Source: the human T2T-CHM13v2.0 reference genome, Homo sapiens. Taken from it: 64,000 nt of DNA. The stretch's first letter is position 1; every line of letters begins with the position of its first letter. The notes beneath the pieces were generated by a model. That model was not told the origin of the DNA and searched no databases. It saw only the letters and a program-made list of their open reading frames with translations. This document shows, one piece after another, positions 1-13,600 of this stretch. The DNA lies in the NCBI RefSeq assembly GCF_009914755.1, contig NC_060933.1, one strand, 5' to 3'. A program made the translations under genes and the position numbers.

Positions 1-78
1 AACCTTTCTTTTTACAGAGCAGTTTTGAAACACTCTTTTTGTGGAATCTGAAAGTGGATATTTGGATAGCTTTGAGGA

Positions 79-95
79 TTTCGTTGGAAACGGGA
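79..95 (+). other. CENP-B box (representative; recurs about every 340 bp, e.g. 417-433, 759-775)
   Basis: tttcgttggaaacggga matches the 17-bp NTTCGNNNNANNCGGGN core. Confidence 0.97.
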
Positions 96-245
96 TTACA
101 TATAAAACCTAGAGAGAAGCATTCTCAGGAACTTCTTTGTGATGTTTGCATTCAAGTCACAGAACTGAACATTCCCTTTCATAGAGCAGGTTTGAAACAC
201 TCTTTCTGTAGTATCTGCAAGCTGACGTTTCAAGCGCTTTCAGGC

Positions 246-262
246 CTATGGTGAGAAAGGAA
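246..262 (+). other. pJalpha-type (A-box) site in A-type monomer (representative)
   Basis: ctatggtgagaaaggaa sits at the position equivalent to the CENP-B box in the alternate monomer. Variants ctatgttgaaaaaggaa and ctatgatgaaaaaggaa occur in other A monomers. Confidence 0.8.
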
Positions 263-1435
263 ATATCTTCAAGTAAAAACTAGACAGAAGCATTCTCAGA
301 AACTTATTTGCGATGTGTGTTCTCAACTAACAGAGTTGAACCTTTGTTTTGATATGGCATTTTGGAAACACTCTTTTTGTAGAATCTGCAGGTGGATATT
401 CGGATAGCTTTGAAGGTTTCGTTGGAAACGGGAATATCTTCATATAAAATCTAGACGGAAGCATTCTCAGAAACTGCTTTGTGATGTTTTCATTCAAGTC
501 ACAGAGTACAATGTTCCCTGTTATATACCAGGTTTGAGACACTCTTTCTGCACTACCTGGAAGTGGACATTTGCAGCGCTTTGAGGCCTATGATGAAAAA
601 GGAAATATCTTCCCATAAAAACTAGACAGAAGCATTCTCAGAAACTTGTTTGTGATGTGTGTATTCAACTAACAGAGATGAACCTTTCTTTTTACAGAGC
701 AGTTTTGAAACACTCTTTTTGTGGAATCTGAAAGTGGATATTTGGATAGCTTTGAGGATTTCGTTGGAAACGGGATTACATATAAAATCTAGAGAGAAGC
801 ATTCTCAGGAACTTCTTTGTGATGTTTGCATTCACGTCACAGAACTGAACATTCCCTTTCATAGAGCATGTTTGAAACACTCTTTCTGTAGTATCTACAA
901 ACGGACATTTCAAACGCTTTCAGGCCTATGGTGAGAAAGGAAATATCTTCAAATAAAAACTAGACAGAAGCATTCTCAGAAACTTATTTGCGATGTGTGT
1001 CCTCAACTAACAGAGTTGAACCTTTCTTTTGATACATTTTGGAAACACTCTTTTTGTAGAATCTGCAAGTGGATATTTGAATAGCTTTGAAGGTTTCGTT
1101 GGAAACGGGAATATCTTCATATAAAATCAAGACAGAAGCATTCTCAGAAACTTCTCTGTGATGTTTGCATTCAACTCATAGAGTTGAACACTTCCCTTCA
1201 TACAGCAGGTTTGAAACACTCTTTTTGTAACATTTGGAAGTGGACATTTGCAGCGCTTTGAGGCCTATGTTGAAAAAGGAAATATCTTCTCCTAAAAACC
1301 AGACAGAAGCATTCTCAGAAACTTCCTTGTGATGTGTGTACTCAAGTAACAGAGTTGAACCTTCCTTTTGACAGAGCAGTTTTGAAGCACTCTTTTTGTA
1401 GAATCTGCAAGTGGATATTTTGATACCTTTGAGGA

Positions 1436-1452
1436 TTTCGTTGGACACGGGA
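1436..1452 (+). other. Variant but core-intact CENP-B box (tttcgttggacacggga), once per HOR
   Basis: The A>C change falls at an N position of NTTCGNNNNANNCGGGN. Confidence 0.9.
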
Positions 1453-1605
1453 TATCTTCATATAAAATCTAGACAGAAGCATTCTCAGAAACTTCTTTGT
1501 GCTGTATGTCCTCAATTAACAGAGTTGAACCTTTGTGTGGATACAGCATTTTGGAAACATTCCTTTAGTAGAATCTGCAAGTTGATATTTAGATAGCTAG
1601 GAAGA

Positions 1606-1622
1606 TTTCCTTGGAAACGGGA
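1606..1622 (+). other. Degenerate CENP-B box (tttccttggaaacggga), once per HOR
   Basis: TTCG>TTCC removes the first core CpG. This was present in every HOR copy inspected. Confidence 0.9.
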
Positions 1623-4600
1623 ATATCTTCATATAAAATCTAGACGGAAGCATTCTCAGAAAGTGCTTTGTGATGTTTGCATTCAAGTCACAGAGTTGAA
1701 TATTCCCTTTTATAGAGCAGGTTTGAAACACTCTTTCTGCACTACCTGGAAGTGGACATTTGGAGCGCTTTGAGGCCTATGTTGAAAAAGGAAATATCTT
1801 CCCATAAAAACTAGACAGAAGCATTCTCAGAAACTTGTTTGTGATGTGTGTATTCAACTAACAGAGATGAACCTTTCTTTTTACAGAGCAGTTTTGAAAC
1901 ACTCTTTTTGTGGAATCTGAAAGTGGATATTTGGATAGCTTTGAGGATTTCGTTGGAAACGGGATTACATATAAAACCTAGAGAGAAGCATTCTCAGGAA
2001 CTTCTTTGTGATGTTTGCCTTCAAGTCACAGGACTGAACATTCCCTTTCATAGAGCAGGTTTGAAACACTCTTTCTGTAGTATCTGCAAGCTGACGTTTC
2101 AAGCGCTTTCAGGCCTATGGTGAGAAAGGAAATATCTTCAAGTAAAAACTAGACAGAAGCATTCTCAGAAACTTATTTGCCATGTGTGTTCTCAACTAAC
2201 AGAGTTGAACCTTTGTTTTGATACGGCATTTTGGAAACACTCTTTTTGTAGAATCTGCAGGTGGATATTCGGATAGCTTTGAAGGTTTCGTTGGAAACGG
2301 GAATATCTTCATATAAAATCTTGACGGAAGCATTCTCAGAAACTGCTTTGTGATGTTTTCATTCAAGTCACAGAGTAGAATCTTCCCTGTTATATACCAG
2401 GTTTCAGACACTCTTTCTGCACTACCTGGAAGTGGACATTTGCAGCGCTTTGAGGCCTATGATGAAAAAGGAAATATCTTCCCATAAAAACTAGACAGAA
2501 GCATTCTCAGAAACTTGTTTGTGATGTGTGTATTCAACTAACAGAGATGAACCTTTCTTTTTACAGAGCAGTTTTGAAACACTCTTTTTGTGGAATCTGA
2601 AAGTGGATGTTTGGATAGCTTTGAGGATTTCGTTGGAAACGGGATTACATATAAAATCTAGAGAGAAGCATTCTCAGGAACTTCTTTGTGATGTTTGCAT
2701 TCACGTCACAGAACTGAACATTCCCTTTCATAGAGCATGTTTGAAACACTCTTTCTGTAGTATCTGCAAACGGACATTTCAAACGCTTTCAGGCCTATGG
2801 TGAGAAAGGAAATATCTTCAAATAAAAACTAGACAGAAGCATTCTCAGAAACTTATTTGCGATGTGTGTCCTCAACTAACAGAGTTGAACCTTTCTTTTG
2901 ATACAACATTTTGGAAACACTCTTTTTGTGGAATCTGCAAGTGGATATTTGGATAGCTTTGAAGGTTTCGTTGGAAACGGGAATATCTTCATATAAAATC
3001 AAGACAGAAGCATTCTCAGAAACTTCTCTGTGATGTTTGCATTCAACTCATAGAGTTGAACACTTCCCTTCATACAGCAGGTTTGAAACACTCTTTTTCT
3101 AATATTTGGAAGTGGACTTTTGCAGCGCTTTGAAGCCTATGATGAAAAAGGTAATATCTTCCCATAAAAACTAGAAAGAAGCATTCTCAGAAACTTGTTT
3201 GTGATGTGTGTATTCAACTAACAGAGATGAACCTTTCTTTTTACAGAGCAGTTTTGAAGCACTCTTTTTGTAGAATCTGCAAGTGGATATTTTGATACCA
3301 TTGAGGATTTCGTTGGACACGGGATATCTTCATATAAAATCTAGACAGAAGCATTCTCAGAAACTTCTTTGTGCTGTATGTCCTCAATTAACAGAGTTGA
3401 ACCTTTGTGTGGATACAGCATTTTGGAAACATTCCTTTAGTAGAATCTGCAAGTTGATATTTAGATAGCTAGGAAGAGTTCCTTGGAAACGGGAATATCT
3501 TCATATAAAATCTAGACGGAAGCATTCTCAGAAAGTGCTTTGTGATGTTTGCATTCAAGTCACAGAGTTGAATGTTCCCTTTTATAGAGCAGGTTTGAAA
3601 CACTCTTTCTGCACTACCTGGAAGTGGACATTTGGAGCGCTTTGAGGCCTATGTTGAAAAAGGAAATATCTTCCCATAAAAACTAGACAGAAGCATTCTC
3701 AGAAACTTGTTTGTGATGTGTGTATTCAACTAACAGAGATGAACCTTTCTTTTTACAGAGCAGTTTTGAAACACTCTTTTTGTGGAATCTGAAAGTGGAT
3801 ATTTGGATAGCTTTGAGGATTTCGTTGGAAACGGGATTACATATAAAACCTAGAGAGAAGCATTCTCAGGAACTTCTTTGTGATGTTTGCATTCAAGTCA
3901 CAGAACTGAACATTCCCTTTCATAGAGCAGGTTTGAAACACTCTTTCTGTAGTATCTGCAAGCTGACGTTTCAAGCGCTTTCAGGCCTATGGTGAGAAAG
4001 GAAATATCTTCAAGTAAAAACTAGACAGAAGCATTCTCAGAAACTTATTTGCGATGTGTGTTCTCAACTAACAGAGTTGAACCTTTGTTTTGATATGGCA
4101 TTTTGGAAACACTCTTTTTGTAGAATCTGCAGGTGGATATTCGGATAGCTTTGAAGGTTTCGTTGGAAACGGGAATATCTTCATATAAAATCTAGACGGA
4201 AGCATTCTCAGAAACTACTTTGTGATGTTTTCATTCAAGTCACAGAGTAGAATGTTCCCTGTTATATACCAGGTTTGAGACACTCTTTCTGCACTACCTG
4301 GAAGTGGACATTTGCAGCGCTTTGAGGCCTATGATGAAAAAGGAAATATCTTCCCATAAAAACTAGACAGAAGCATTCTCAGAAACTTGTTTGTGATGTG
4401 TGTATTCAACTAACAGAGATGAACCTTTCTTTTTACAGAGCAGTTTTGAAACACTCTTTTTGTGGAATCTGAAAGTGGATATTTGGATAGCTTTGAGGAT
4501 TTCGTTGGAAACGGGATTACATATAAAATCTAGAGAGAAGCATTCTCAGGAACTTCTTTGTGATGTTTGCATTCACGTCACAGAACTGAACATTCCCTTT

Positions 4601-5048
4601 CATAGAGCATGTTTGAAACACTCTTTCTGTAGTATCTACAAACGGACATTTCAAACGCTTTCAGGCCTATGGTGAGAAAGGAAATATCTTCAAATAAAAA
4701 CTAGACAGAAGCATTCTCAGAAACTTATTTGCGATGTGTGTCCTCAACTAACAGAGTTGAACCTTTCTTTTGATACAACATTTTGGAAACACTCTTTTTG
4801 TAGAATCTGCAAGTGGATATTTGAATAGCTTTGAAGGTTTCGTTGGAAACGGGAATATCTTCATATAAAATCAAGACAGAAGCATTCTCAGAAACTTCTC
4901 TGTGATGTTTGCATTCAACTCATAGAGTTGAACACTTCCCTTCATACAGCAGGTTTGAAACACTCTTTTTGTAACATTTGGAAGTGGACATTTGCAGCGC
5001 TTTGAGGCCTATGTTGAAAAAGGAAATATCTTCTCCTAAAAACCAGAC

Positions 5049-7600
5049 AGAAGCATTCTCAGAAACTTCCTTGTGATGTGTGTACTCCAGTAACAGAGTT
5101 GAACCTTCCTTTTGACAGAGCAGTTTTGAAGCACTCTTTTTGTAGAATCTGCAAGTGGATATTTTGATACCTTTGAGGATTTCGTTGGACACGGGATATC
5201 TTCATATAAAATCTAGACAGAAGCATTCTCAGAAACTTCTTTGTGCTGTATGTCCTCAATTAACAGAGTTGAACCTTTGTGTGGATACAGCATTTTGGAA
5301 ACATTCCTTTAGTAGAATCTGCAAGTTGATATTTAGATAGCTAGGAAGATTTCCTTGGAAACGGGAATATCTTCATATAAAATCTAGACGGAAGCATTCT
5401 CAGAAAGTGCTTTGTGATGTTTGCATTCAAGTCACAGAGTTGAATATTCCCTTTTATAGAGCAGGTTTGAAACACTCTTTCTGCACTACCTGGAAGTGGA
5501 CATTTGGAGCGCTTTGAGGCCTATGTTGAAAAACGAAATATCATCCCATAAAAACTAGACAGAAGCATTCTCAGAAACTTGTTTGTGATGTGTGTATTCA
5601 ACTAACAGAGATGAACCTTTCTTTTTACAGAGCAGTTTTGAAACACTCTTTTTGTGGAATCTGAAAGTGGATATTTGGATAGCTTTGAGGATTTCGTTGG
5701 AAACGGGATTACATATAAAACCTAGAGAGAAGCATTCTCAGGAACTTCTTTGTGATGTTTGCCTTCAAGTCACAGGACTGAACATTCCCTTTCATAGAGC
5801 AGGTTTGAAACACTCTTTCTGTAGTATCTGCAAGCTGACGTTTCAAGCGCTTTCAGGCCTATGGTGAGAAAGGAAATATCTTCAAGTAAAAACTAGACAG
5901 AAGCATTCTCAGAAACTTATTTGCCATGTGTGTTCTCAACTAACAGAGTTGAACCTTTGTTTTGATACGGCATTTTGGAAACACTCTTTTTGTAGAATCT
6001 GCAGGTGGATATTCGGATAGCTTTGAAGGTTTCGTTGGAAACGGGAATATCTTCATATAAAATCTTGACGGAAGCATTCTCAGAAACTGCTTTGTGATGT
6101 TTTCATTCAAGTCACAGAGTAGAATCTTCCCTGTTATATACCAGGTTTCAGACACTCTTTCTGCACTACCTGGAAGTGGACATTTGCAGCGCTTTGAGGC
6201 CTATGATGAAAAAGGAAATATCTTCCCATAAAAACTAGACAGAAGCATTCTCAGAAACTTGTTTGTGATGTGTGTATTCAACTAACAGAGATGAACCTTT
6301 CTTTTTACAGAGCAGTTTTGAAACACTCTTTTTGTGGAATCTGAAAGTGGATATTTAGATAGCTTTGAGGATTTCGTTGGAAACGGGATTACATATAAAA
6401 TCTAGAGAGAAGCATTCTCAGGAACTTCTTTGTGATGTTTGCATTCACGTCACAGAACTGAACATTCCCTTTCATAGAGCATGTTTGAAACACTCTTTCT
6501 GTAGTATCTGCAAACGGACATTTCAAACGCTTTCAGGCCTATGGTGAGAAAGGAAATATCTTCAAATAAAAACTAGACAGAAGCATTCTCAGAAACTTAT
6601 TTGCGATGTGTGTCCTCAACTAACAGAGTTGAACCTTTCTTTTGATACAACATTTTGGAAACACTCTTTTTGTGGAATCTGCAAGTGGATATTTGGATAG
6701 CTTTGAAGGTTTCGTTGGAAACGGGAATATCTTCATATAAAATCAAGACAGAAGCATTCTCAGAAACTTCTCTGTGATGTTTGCATTCAACTCATAGAGT
6801 TGAACACTTCCCTTCATACAGCAGGTTTGAAACACTCTTTTTGTAATATTTGGAAGTGGACATTTGCAGCGCTTTGAGGCCTATGATGAAAAAGGTAATA
6901 TCTTCCCATAAAAACTAGACAGAAGCATTCTCAGAAACTTGTTTGTGATGTGTGTATTCAACTAACAGAGATGAACCTTTCTTTTTACAGAGCAGTTTTG
7001 AAACACTCTTTTTGTGGAATCTGAAAGTGGATATTTGGATAGCTTTGCGGATTTCGTTGGAAACGGGATTACATATAAAATCTAGGGAGAAGCATTCTCA
7101 GGAACTTCTTTGTGATGTTTGCATTCAAGTCACAGAACTGAACATTCCCTTTCATAGAGCAGGTTTGAAACACTCTTTCTGTAGTATCTGCAAGCGGACG
7201 TTTTAAGCGCTTTCAGGCCTGTGGTGAGAAAGGAAATATCTTCAAATAAAAACTAGACAGAAGCATTCTCAGAAACTTATTTGCGATGTGTGTCCTCAAC
7301 TAACAGAGTTGAACCTTTCTTTTGATACAACATTTTGGAAACACTCTTTTTGTAGAATCTGCAAGTGGATATTTGGATAGCTTTGAAGGTTTCGTTGGAA
7401 ACGGGAATATCTTCATATGAAATCAAGACAGAAGCATTCTCAGAAACTTCTCTGTGATGTTTGCATTCAACTCATAGAGTTGAACACTTCTCTTCATACA
7501 GCAGGTTTGAAACACTCTTTTTCTAATATTTGGAAGTGGACATTTGCAGCGCTTTGAGGCCTATGTTGAAAAAGGAAATATCTTCTCCTAAAAACCAGAC
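5049..7600 (+). repeat. Representative 15-mer HOR (2552 bp = 512 + 3x680); 9 complete copies
   Basis: Anchor spacing of 2552 bp. 4-mer order is A (aaacctagagag), B (ttcacgtc, gcatg), C (ttgcgg, ctaggg). Confidence 0.95.
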
Positions 7601-10600
7601 AGAAGCATTCTCAGAAACTTCCTCGTGATGTGTGTACTCAAGTAACAGAGTTGAACCTTCCTTTTGACAGAGCAGTTTTGAAGCACTCTTTTTGTAGAAT
7701 CTGCAAGTGGATATTTTGATACCATTGAGGATTTCGTTGGACACGGGATATCTTCATATAAAATCTAGACAGAAGCATTCTCAGAAACTTCTTTGTGCTG
7801 TATGTCCTCAATTAACAGAGTTGAACCTTTGTGTGGATACAGCATTTTGGAAACATTCCTTTAGTAGAATCTGCAAGTTGATATTTAGATAGCTAGGAAG
7901 AGTTCCTTGGAAACGGGAATATCTTCATATAAAATCTAGACGGAAGCATTCTCAGAAAGTGCTTTGTGATGTTTGCATTCAAGTCACAGAGTTGAATGTT
8001 CCCTTTTATAGAGCAGGTTTGAAACACTCTTTCTGCACTACCTGGAAGTGGACATTTGGAGCGCTTTGAGGCCTATGTTGAAAAAGGAAATATCTTCCCA
8101 TAAAAACTAGACAGAAGCATTCTCAGAAACTTGTTTGTGATGTGTGTATTCAACTAACAGAGATGAACCTTTCTTTTTACAGAGCAGTTTTGAAACACTC
8201 TTTTTGTGGAATCTGAAAGTGGATATTTGGATAGCTTTGAGGATTTCGTTGGAAACGGGATTACATATAAAACCTAGAGAGAAGCATTCTCAGGAACTTC
8301 TTTGTGATGTTTGCATTCAAGTCACAGAACTGAACATTCCCTTTCATAGAGCAGGTTTGAAACACTCTTTCTGTAGTATCTGCAAGCTGACGTTTCAAGC
8401 GCTTTCAGGCCTATGGTGAGAAAGGAAATATCTTCAAGTAAAAACTAGACAGAAGCATTCTCAGAAACTTATTTGCGATGTGTGTTCTCAACTAACAGAG
8501 TTGAACCTTTGTTTTGATATGGCATTTTGGAAACACTCTTTTTGTAGAATCTGCAGGTGGATATTCGGATAGCTTTGAAGGTTTCGTTGGAAACGGGAAT
8601 ATCTTCATATAAAATCTAGACGGAAGCATTCTCAGAAACTGCTTTGTGATGTTTTCATTCAAGTCACAGAGTAGAATGTTCCCTGTTATATACCAGGTTT
8701 GAGACACTCTTTCTGCACTACCTGGAAGTGGACATTTGCAGCGCTCTGAGGCCTATGATGAAAAAGGAAATATCTTCCCATAAAAACTAGACAGAAGCAT
8801 TCTCAGAAACTTGTTTGTGATGTGTGTATTCAACTAACAGAGATGAACCTTTCTTTTTACAGAGCAGTTTTGAAACACTCTTTTTGTGGAATCTGAAAGT
8901 GGATATTTAGATAGCTTTGAGGATTTCGTTGGAAACGGGATTACATATAAAATCTAGAGAGAAGCATTCTCAGGAACTTCTTTGTGATGTTTGCATTCAC
9001 GTCACAGAACTGAACATTCCCTTTCATAGAGCATGTTTGAAACACTCTTTCTGTAGTATCTGCAAACGGACATTTCAAACGCTTTCAGGCCTATGGTGAG
9101 AAAGGAAATATCTTCAAATAAAAACTAGACAGAAGCATTCTCAGAAACTTATTTGCGATGTGTGTCCTCAACTAACAGAGTTGAACCTTTCTTTTGATAC
9201 AACATTTTGGAAACACTCTTTTTGTGGAATCTGCAAGTGGATATTTGGATAGCTTTGAAGGTTTCGTTGGAAACGGGAATATCTTCATATAAAATCAAGA
9301 CAGAAGCATTCTCAGAAACTTCTCTGTGATGTTTGCATTCAACTCATAGAGTTGAACACTTCCCTTCATACAGCAGGTTTGAAACACTCTTTTTGTAATA
9401 TTTGGAAGTGGACATTTGCAGCGCTTTGAGGCCTATGATGAAAAAGGTAATATCTTCCCATAAAAACTAGACAGAAGCATTCTCAGAAACTTGTTTGTGA
9501 TGTGTGTATTCAACTAACAGAGATGAACCTTTCTTTTTACAGAGCAGTTTTGAAACACTCTTTTTGTGGAATCTGAAAGTGGATATTTGGATAGCTTTGC
9601 GGATTTCGTTGGAAACGGGATTACATATAAAATCTAGGGAGAAGCATTCTCAGGAACTTCTTTGTGATGTTTGCATTCAAGTCACAGAACTGAACATTCC
9701 CTTTCATAGAGCAGGTTTGAAACACTCTTTCTGTAGTATCTGCAAGCGGACGTTTTAAGCGCTTTCAGGCCTGTGGTGAGAAAGGAAATATCTTCAAATA
9801 AAAACTAGACAGAAGCATTCTCAGAAACTTATTTGCGATGTGTGTCCTCAACTAACAGAGTTGAACCTTTCTTTTGATACAACATTTTGGAAACACTCTT
9901 TTTGTAGAATCTGCAAGTGGATATTTGGATAGCTTTGAAGGTTTCGTTGGAAACGGGAATATCTTCATATGAAATCAAGACAGAAGCATTCTCAGAAACT
10001 TCTCTGTGATGTTTGCATTCAACTCATAGAGTTGAACACTTCTCTTCATACAGCAGGTTTGAAACACTCTTTTTCTAATATTTGGAAGTGGACATTTGCA
10101 GCGCTTTGAGGCCTATGTTGAAAAAGGAAATATCTTCTCCTAAAAACCAGACAGAAGCATTCTCAGAAACTTCCTTGTGATGTGTGTACTCAAGTAACAG
10201 AGTTGAACCTTCCTTTTGACAGAGCAGTTTTGAAGCACTCTTTTTGTAGAATCTGCAAGTGGATATTTTGATACCATTGAGGATTTCGTTGGACACGGGA
10301 TATCTTCATATAAAATCTAGACAGAAGCATTCTCAGAAACTTCTTTGTGCTGTATGTCCTCAATTAACAGAGTTGAACCTTTGTGTGGATACAGCATTTT
10401 GGAAACATTCCTTTAGTAGAATCTGCAAGTTGATATTTAGATAGCTAGGAAGAGTTCCTTGGAAACGGGAATATCTTCATATAAAATCTAGACGGAAGCA
10501 TTCTCAGAAAGTGCTTTGTGATGTTTGCATTCAAGTCACAGAGTTGAATGTCCCCTTTTATAGAGCAGGTTTGAAACACTCTTTCTGCACTACCTGGAAG

Positions 10601-13600
10601 TGGACATTTGGAGCGCTTTGAGGCCTATGTTGAAAAAGGAAATATCTTCCCATAAAAACTAGACAGAAGCATTCTCAGAAACTTGTTTGTGATGTGTGTA
10701 TTCAACTAACAGAGATGAACCTTTCTTTTTACAGAGCAGTTTTGAAACACTCTTTTTGTGGAATCTGAAAGTGGATATTTGGATAGCTTTGAGGATTTCG
10801 TTGGAAACGGGATTACATATAAAACCTAGAGAGAAGCATTCTCAGGAACTTCTTTGTGATGTTTGCATTCAAGTCACAGAACTGAACATTCCCTTTCATA
10901 GAGCAGGTTTGAAACACTCTTTCTGTAGTATCTGCAAGCTGACGTTTCAAGCGCTTTCAGGCCTATGGTGAGAAAGGAAATATCTTCAAGTAAAAACTAG
11001 ACAGAAGCATTCTCAGAAACTTATTTGCGATGTGTGTTCTCAACTAACAGAGTTGAACCTTTGTTTTGATATGGCATTTTGGAAACACTCTTTTTGTAGA
11101 ATCTGCAGGTGGATATTCGGATAGCTTTGAAGGTTTCGTTGGAAACGGGAATATCTTCATATAAAATCTAGACGGAAGCATTCTCAGAAACTGCTTTGTG
11201 ATGTTTTCATTCAAGTCACAGAGTAGAATGTTCCCTGTTATATACCAGGTTTGAGACACTCTTTCTGCACTACCTGGAAGTGGACATTTGCAGCGCTTTG
11301 AGGCCTATGATGAAAAAGGAAATATCTTCCCATAAAAACTAGACAGAAGCATTCTCAGAAACTTGTTTGTGATGTGTGTATTCAACTAACAGAGATGAAC
11401 CTTTCTTTTTACAGAGCAGTTTTGAAACACTCTTTTTGTGGAATCTGAAAGTGGATATTTGGATAGCTTTGAGGATTTCGTTGGAAACGGGATTACATAT
11501 AAAATCTAGAGAGAAGCATTCTCAGGAACTTCTTTGTGATGTTTGCATTCACGTCACAGAACTGAACATTCCCTTTCATAGAGCATGTTTGAAACACTCT
11601 TTCTGTAGTATCTACAAACGGACATTTCAAACGCTTTCAGGCCTATGGTGAGAAAGGAAATATCTTCAAATAAAAACTAGACAGAAGCATTCTCAGAAAC
11701 TTATTTGCGATGTGTGTCCTCAACTAACAGAGTTGAACCTTTCTTTTGATACAACATTTTGGAAACACTCTTTTTGTAGAATCTGCAAGTGGATATTTGA
11801 ATAGCTTTGAAGGTTTCGTTGGAAACGGGAATATCTTCATATAAAATCAAGACAGAAGCATTCTCAGAAACTTCTCTGTGATGTTTGCATTCAACTCATA
11901 GAGTTGAACACTTCCCTTCATACAGCAGGTTTGAAACACTCTTTTTGTAACATTTGGAAGTGGACATTTGCAGCGCTTTGAGGCCTATGTTGAAAAAGGA
12001 AATATCTTCTCCTAAAAACCAGACAGAAGCATTCTCAGAAACTTCCTTGTGATGTGTGTACTCCAGTAACAGAGTTGAACCTTCCTTTTGACAGAGCAGT
12101 TTTGAAGCACTCTTTTTGTAGAATCTGCAAGTGGATATTTTGATACCTTTGAGGATTTCGTTGGACACGGGATATCGTCATATAAAATCTAGACAGAAGC
12201 ATTCTCAGAAACTTCTTTGTGCTGTATGTCCTCAATTAACAGAGTTGAACCTTTGTGTGGATACAGCATTTTGGAAACATTCCTTTAGTAGAATCTGCAA
12301 GTTGATATTTAGATAGCTAGGAAGATTTCCTTGGAAACGGGAATATCTTCATATAAAATCTAGACGGAAGCATTCTCAGAAAGTGCTTTGTGATGTTTGC
12401 ATTCAAGTCACAGAGTTGAATATTCCCTTTTATAGAGCAGGTTTGAAACACTCTTTCTGCACTACCTGGAAGTGGACATTTGGAGCGCTTTGAGGCCTAT
12501 GTTGAAAAACGAAATATCATCCCATAAAAACTAGACAGAAGCATTCTCAGAAACTTGTTTGTGATGTGTGTATTCAACTAACAGAGATGAACCTTTCTTT
12601 TTACAGAGCAGTTTTGAAACACTCTTTTTGTGGAATCTGAAAGTGGATATTTGGATAGCTTTGAGGATTTCGTTGGAAACGGGATTACATATAAAACCTA
12701 GAGAGAAGCATTCTCAGGAACTTCTTTGTGATGTTTGCCTTCAAGTCACAGGACTGAACATTCCCTTTCATAGAGCAGGTTTGAAACACTCTTTCTGTAG
12801 TATCTGCAAGCTGACGTTTCAAGCGCTTTCAGGCCTATGGTGAGAAAGGAAATATCTTCAAGTAAAAACTAGACAGAAGCATTCTCAGAAACTTATTTGC
12901 CATGTGTGTTCTCAACTAACAGAGTTGAACCTTTGTTTTGATACGGCATTTTGGAAACACTCTTTTTGTAGAATCTGCAGGTGGATATTCGGATAGCTTT
13001 GAAGGTTTCGTTGGAAACGGGAATATCTTCATATAAAATCTTGACGGAAGCATTCTCAGAAACTGCTTTGTGATGTCTTCATTCAAGTCACAGAGTAGAA
13101 TCTTCCCTGTTATATACCAGGTTTCAGACACTCTTTCTGCACTACCTGGAAGTGGACATTTGCAGCGCTTTGAGGCCTATGATGAAAAAGGAAATATCTT
13201 CCCATAAAAACTAGACAGAAGCATTCTCAGAAACTTGTTTGTGATGTGTGTATTCAACTAACAGAGATGAACCTTTCTTTTTACAGAGCAGTTTTGAAAC
13301 ACTCTTTTTGTGGAATCTGAAAGTGGATATTTAGATAGCTTTGAGGATTTCGTTGGAAACGGGATTACATATAAAATCTAGAGAGAAGCATTCTCAGGAA
13401 CTTCTTTGTGATGTTTGCATTCACGTCACAGAACTGAACATTCCCTTTCATAGAGCATGTTTGAAACACTCTTTCTGTAGTATCTGCAAACGGACATTTC
13501 AAACGCTTTCAGGCCTATGGTGAGAAAGGAAATATCTTCAAATAAAAACTAGACAGAAGCATTCTCAGAAACTTATTTGCGATGTGTGTCCTCAACTAAC

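Larger units (their letters stand above)
1305..1816 (+). repeat. 512-bp 3-mer block present once per HOR (anchor of every unit)
   Basis: Diagnostic strings ttttgatacc...ttggacacggga, tgtgctgtatgtcctcaatt, agctaggaaga and aagtgctttg recur in blocks starting at 1305, 3177, 5049, 7601, 10153, 12025, 14577, 16449, 19681, 21553, 23425, 25297, 27169, 30401, 32273, 34821, 37373, 39925, 42477, 44349, 47581, 50133, 52005, 54557, 56429, 59661, 61533 and 63405. Confidence 0.95.
1305..3176 (+). repeat. Representative 11-mer HOR (1872 bp = 512 + 2x680); 14 complete copies in window
   Basis: Anchor spacing of 1872 bp, also visible in the ORF track (MDILIP ORF at 1411, 3283, 5155). Confidence 0.95.

Noticed and set aside
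98-107. TATA-like catataaaa motifs after each CENP-B box
   Set aside because: These are part of the alphoid consensus, and the sequence alone gives no evidence of promoter function.
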